64,000 nt of DNA, taken from a virus (Duplodnaviria > Caudoviricetes). Where the stretch lies: IMG/VR virus record IMGVR_UViG_3300037755_000886, positions 1 through 64,000 of that record; one strand, 5' to 3'. Positions 60,491 through 64,000 of this stretch are shown piece after piece. The notes beneath the pieces are model-generated. The model was not told the origin of the DNA and made no database searches. It saw nothing but the letters and a program-made list of their open reading frames with translations. Position 1 is the stretch's first letter; each line of letters starts with the position of its first letter. Position numbers and translations under genes: made by a program.

Positions 60491-61114
60491 TCAGCGGGCG
60501 AGCGCGAACGTGGCGACCGCGACGAGGACACCGACCATGACAACGGCGAGGCCCATCACGGCGAGCATGTTGGCGTTCGACGCCGACTTTCCCGCGTGCG
60601 CGCCGCCGGCCGTGTCGATGCGATGCCGGACGTCGGCCAGCTGGGATTGCAGGTCGGCGATCTGGTTGACGAGACCGGCGATGAGCGCGGACACTTCGCC
60701 CTTCAACGCGAACGTGGCCTGCTGGTCGGTCAGGGTCTGGCGGAACTCGTTGACCGCGGCCAAGCGCTCGGTCAGGGCCTTCTCGGCCTTCAGCGTCGCT
60801 TCCTTGGCCGCGGCGAAAGCGGCGTCCGTAGCGGTCTGGGCGGCCGCCAACGCCTTCTCCCTGGCCTGCTCCTCGCCCTCGAAGCGCTGCTGGTAGCGCT
60901 GGTCCTTCTCGGTCGCGAGGTCACGTTGACGGGCGTCGTCCGCGGCCCGCAACGCGAGGTGGCGTTGGTCGAGGGCTTCGATGGCCGTGTTGATCGCGGC
61001 GAGAGCGACCAGTTCAGTTTGGGCCTGGGCGGCCATCTGGAGCGTGAAATGCTCGAAGACGGTCCCCAACGTCCACTCGCCGGATATGGCTGGCATCGGG
61101 GCAACCGCCGTCAC
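60491..61114 (-). CDS. Coiled-coil protein with C-terminal TM (lysis-associated)
   Basis: RF..EQA..A..AA.EA..KAE....RL..VNEFR; coupled to the endolysin. Confidence 0.7.
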   Translation of the reverse strand: MTAVAPMPAISGEWTLGTVFEHFTLQMAAQAQTELVALAAINTAIEALDQRHLALRAADDARQRDLATEKDQRYQQRFEGEEQAREKALAAAQTATDAAFAAAKEATLKAEKALTERLAAVNEFRQTLTDQQATFALKGEVSALIAGLVNQIADLQSQLADVRHRIDTAGGAHAGKSASNANMLAVMGLAVVMVGVLVAVATFALAR

Positions 61115-62145
61115 GCCTCAAGCCGGCGGCGCAGCTCCTCGGCGACCGCCCACCCGGCCATCTCGGCGAGCTCGGCGAGCTGTTCGGGGGTGAGGGCCAC
61201 GGTTGCCTCAACGACGGTCGTGTCACCCGCGGGCCACGCACGGGGCAGCAAGGTCCTGTCGTAGAACATCCAGTCGGGCACCTCACCGGGCTCACGGAGT
61301 CCCGACTTGGCGCCGGTGGCCACGATCCAGTCGCGGATGCCCTGGTGGCCGGCGACCTCCTCGGGGGTCATGGGCCGCACGAACTGGTCGGACGACAGCG
61401 CCTTGTACACGCCCTGGTGGCCGGGCGGTCCGCCGACCTCGACGAACCACTTCGAGCCGGGCTCGGTGATCAGCAGGTACGTCTCGATCATGTCGTCGTC
61501 CTCCTCGGGTTCGGGGGTCGTGGTCTCGGTCATGCGTGCCCAGAAGGCGTCGGTGACGACGTTCTGGTCGACGGTGTTCCCGGGGATCCCGGGGACGCGG
61601 GTGACGGAGTTGTATTGCCAGGCGTCCCAGTCGGACCACGCCGGCGGGAGCGCGGGCCGGAAGTTGGGGGGCACCGTGCCGGGCCGGTTGGTTCCGTAGT
61701 TGGCGATCCACAGCGCGCAATGCGACGGGGCGTGCCGGGAGAATCCGACGGTGGCCATCCCGCAGTAGATGGTCGACTCGCGGCCGACCTGGCGGGCGAC
61801 CTCATCGCAGAACGCCCCGGCCCACAGGTCGATCTCGTCACGGCCGAGGCCGTGCGGGTTGACCTCGATGTCCGCGGCGGGGAGCATCCGGCCGCGTCCG
61901 TGCCCGCAGATGACGGCGTGCTGCGCCTGGCGGCGAGGGTCGGCGTCCGGGACGCAGAAGTAGTAGGTGCCGTGCGGGAGGCCGACCGCTTCGGCTCCGG
62001 CGAGGTTCTCGTTCGCCCGCGAGTCCCGGTAGAGGCCGCCGTCGGCGCCACCGACCTTGATCCACGCGCCTTGCACCCCGGAGTCCTTGACGGCCTGCCA
62101 GTCGATGCGGCCCTGGTGGACGGAGACGTCGATCACTCGGACCAT
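61111..62145 (-). CDS. Endolysin, GH25 muramidase
   Basis: IDVSVHQG.IDW..V..IK..GTYYF..ADIE..YC..LWIANY..WQY. Confidence 0.92.
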   Translation of the reverse strand: MVRVIDVSVHQGRIDWQAVKDSGVQGAWIKVGGADGGLYRDSRANENLAGAEAVGLPHGTYYFCVPDADPRRQAQHAVICGHGRGRMLPAADIEVNPHGLGRDEIDLWAGAFCDEVARQVGRESTIYCGMATVGFSRHAPSHCALWIANYGTNRPGTVPPNFRPALPPAWSDWDAWQYNSVTRVPGIPGNTVDQNVVTDAFWARMTETTTPEPEEDDDMIETYLLITEPGSKWFVEVGGPPGHQGVYKALSSDQFVRPMTPEEVAGHQGIRDWIVATGAKSGLREPGEVPDWMFYDRTLLPRAWPAGDTTVVEATVALTPEQLAELAEMAGWAVAEELRRRLEA

Positions 62146-62154
62146 GGCGGCCTC

Positions 62155-63816
62155 CTACGGTGAGATCACTTCGAGCGCTGCGATTTCGATGGCCTGCCAT
62201 GCGACGCCGACGCTGCGATCGACGTCGGCGACCGTGACCGCCGGCGCGCCCGAGGGGATGTCTCCGCCGAGGACCGGCGCCCAGCTGGCGACTTCGATCT
62301 CGCGGTCGATGACATCGACGGTGAGTCCGTCGTCGGTGATCGTGACGTTCACGGCCTCGTTCACGGCCTCGGAGAGGCTGGTGGTGGCGGCGGCCACGGT
62401 GACCGGCACAGGCCCGGGTGCCGCAGCGGTGACAGCCACGGTGCCAGGCACAGCGAGCTCGACCGTGGCGGCGGTGATGGCGAGGGTGACGTGGGTGCCG
62501 GCCGGCCCGACGACGTCGGCGGTCCCGGCCAGGGTGGCTGTGACGGAGAGGGTCCCGCTGGCGGCCGTCGTCGTCTGCGCGGTCCCGGTCAGGGTGACCG
62601 TCGCGTCAAGCGTGCCGGCGGCCGGTCGGGTGACCGTCGCCGTCCCGGTGAGGTTGGCAGCGAGGGCCAGGGTGCCGTCAGCGCCAATCGCGGCGGGGAT
62701 GACCGCCGCCGTGGCGACCAGGCCAGCGGTGACAGCAAGTGAACCGGTAGCAGGCCGGTCGACAGCCGCGGTCCCGGCCAGGCTGGCGGTCACGGGGAGC
62801 GTGCCAGCAGCGGCCCGGTCCACCGTGGCGGTCCCGGCCGTGACCGCGGTGACCGTCTGCGTGCCGGTGACCGGTCTCTCGACGGTGTCCGTGCCGGTCA
62901 AGGTGGCGGTGACGGCAAGGCTGCCGTCACCGGGACGGTCGACGGCAGCTGTGGCAGCCAGCGCGGCGACGGCGGTGAGAAGTCCGTCGACGGGGTGAAC
63001 GGTGAGCCCGGTCCCGGTGGCCGTGGCCGCAACGGCCAGCGTCCCGTCGGCCGGCCGGACGGCTGTTGCTGTGCCGGTCGTGGCCGCGGTGACTGCGAGA
63101 GTGCCGTCGACGTTGACGACGCCGGCGGTGACCACCGTCGCGTCACCCGTGAGCGCCGCCGTGACAGCGAGAGCCCCGTCAACGGGTCGGGCCACAGCCG
63201 CCGTGCCGGCCAGTGCCGCGGTGACGGCGAGCGTTCCGCTGGTTGAGCGGTCCACCGCGGCGGCACCGGCCAGGTCGACGATCGCCGCGAGCGTTCCGGC
63301 GGCCGGGCGGGTGACGAGCCCGGTTCCGGTGGGCGTAGCGGTGACCGCGAGGGAGCCCGAGGCCGGCTTGTCCGCGGTAGCGATGCCGGTCGCGGTGGCC
63401 GTCGAGGTGAGCGCGCCAGCGGCCGGGATCGTCGAGGCCGCCGCGCCCGTCGCTGTCGCTGTGATTGCGAGCGAACCCGACGTGGGCCGGGTGACGGTGG
63501 CTGTCCCGGTGAGGGTCGCTGTGACCGCCAAGGTCCCGGCGCCGGGCACATCCCGGGTGGTCGTCGCGGTCAGCGTTGCGGTGGCAGTCAGGGTGCCCGC
63601 TGTGGGCACATCCCTGGTAGCCGTGGCAGTCAGCGTGGCGGCAGTGGTCAGGGTCCCGGTGGCCGGGCGGGTGACGGTGGCCGCGGCGGTCAACGCCGCC
63701 GTGACCGGGAGGGTGCCGTCGGCGGACTGCTCAACGCCAGCGACCGCGGCGGGGATGATCCGGGAACGGGGCGTGACCGGGGTCGGCCGCCGCTCGACGG
63801 GCAGACGGGGGCTCAC
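62155..63816 (-). CDS. Thr/Ala/Val-rich repeat minor tail protein
   Basis: About 20-residue repeats GTLAVTATLTGTATVxRP; late-gene position. Confidence 0.7.
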   Translation of the reverse strand: MSPRLPVERRPTPVTPRSRIIPAAVAGVEQSADGTLPVTAALTAAATVTRPATGTLTTAATLTATATRDVPTAGTLTATATLTATTTRDVPGAGTLAVTATLTGTATVTRPTSGSLAITATATGAAASTIPAAGALTSTATATGIATADKPASGSLAVTATPTGTGLVTRPAAGTLAAIVDLAGAAAVDRSTSGTLAVTAALAGTAAVARPVDGALAVTAALTGDATVVTAGVVNVDGTLAVTAATTGTATAVRPADGTLAVAATATGTGLTVHPVDGLLTAVAALAATAAVDRPGDGSLAVTATLTGTDTVERPVTGTQTVTAVTAGTATVDRAAAGTLPVTASLAGTAAVDRPATGSLAVTAGLVATAAVIPAAIGADGTLALAANLTGTATVTRPAAGTLDATVTLTGTAQTTTAASGTLSVTATLAGTADVVGPAGTHVTLAITAATVELAVPGTVAVTAAAPGPVPVTVAAATTSLSEAVNEAVNVTITDDGLTVDVIDREIEVASWAPVLGGDIPSGAPAVTVADVDRSVGVAWQAIEIAALEVISP

Positions 63817-64000
63817 CCGACGTACCGGGCGACCGTCACGTCAGGTGGAGCGGCCGGGGGTGTGGTGCCAAGGACCTCGACGGCCACAAGGGCGTAGTCC
63901 TGTCCGGCGGGTGCGCCCATCCCGAACGTCTTCGACCCGGCGGCACCAGTGTCCGCATACTCGTTGGCGTAGAACACGTAGACGACACCGGCGTCGCGCT
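63813..64000 (-). CDS. C-terminal fragment of a minor tail protein (5' end outside window)
   Basis: ..GSKTFGMGAPAGQDYALVAVEVLG..; GTGA-coupled. Confidence 0.55.
   Translation of the reverse strand, partial: RDAGVVYVFYANEYADTGAAGSKTFGMGAPAGQDYALVAVEVLGTTPPAAPPDVTVARYVG

Noticed and set aside
62155-63816. Diversity-generating retroelement target
   Set aside because: Repeats are protein-level tandem repeats; no reverse transcriptase or TR/VR pair in the window.

Overview
High-GC actinobacterial temperate phage genome segment, most likely from the free or excised form. An attP (3' half of tRNA-Lys(CTT) flanked by arm-type repeats) sits mid-window next to a tyrosine integrase, with phage genes on both sides. 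Most genes are on the minus strand. From right to left: minor tail proteins, GH25 endolysin and holin (60-64 kb); an actinomycete-ICE-like conjugation block with an FtsK/TraB-type translocase, DUF2637, DUF4913 and a clt-like repeat array (51.9-59.8 kb); a second divergent regulatory region with two structured-RNA candidates, one tRNA-like (48.5-51.8 kb); a leftward operon of small genes (40.5-48.5 kb); int/attP; cargo (lipoproteins, two TA-like pairs, GntR-GNAT-cupin; 33-38.8 kb); a CI/Cro switch; recombination genes, methyltransferases (one with an intein), a primase split by an HNH gene with origin-like repeats, WhiB, MerR and nucleotide-pool enzymes; a DivIVA-like/globin/DivIVA cluster; an Acb2/Tad1-like candidate; small membrane proteins; and a terminal HNH. 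Terminase and capsid genes would lie beyond the window. Host is possibly Acidimicrobiia (inference). All family calls come from motif recognition by eye, not database searches.
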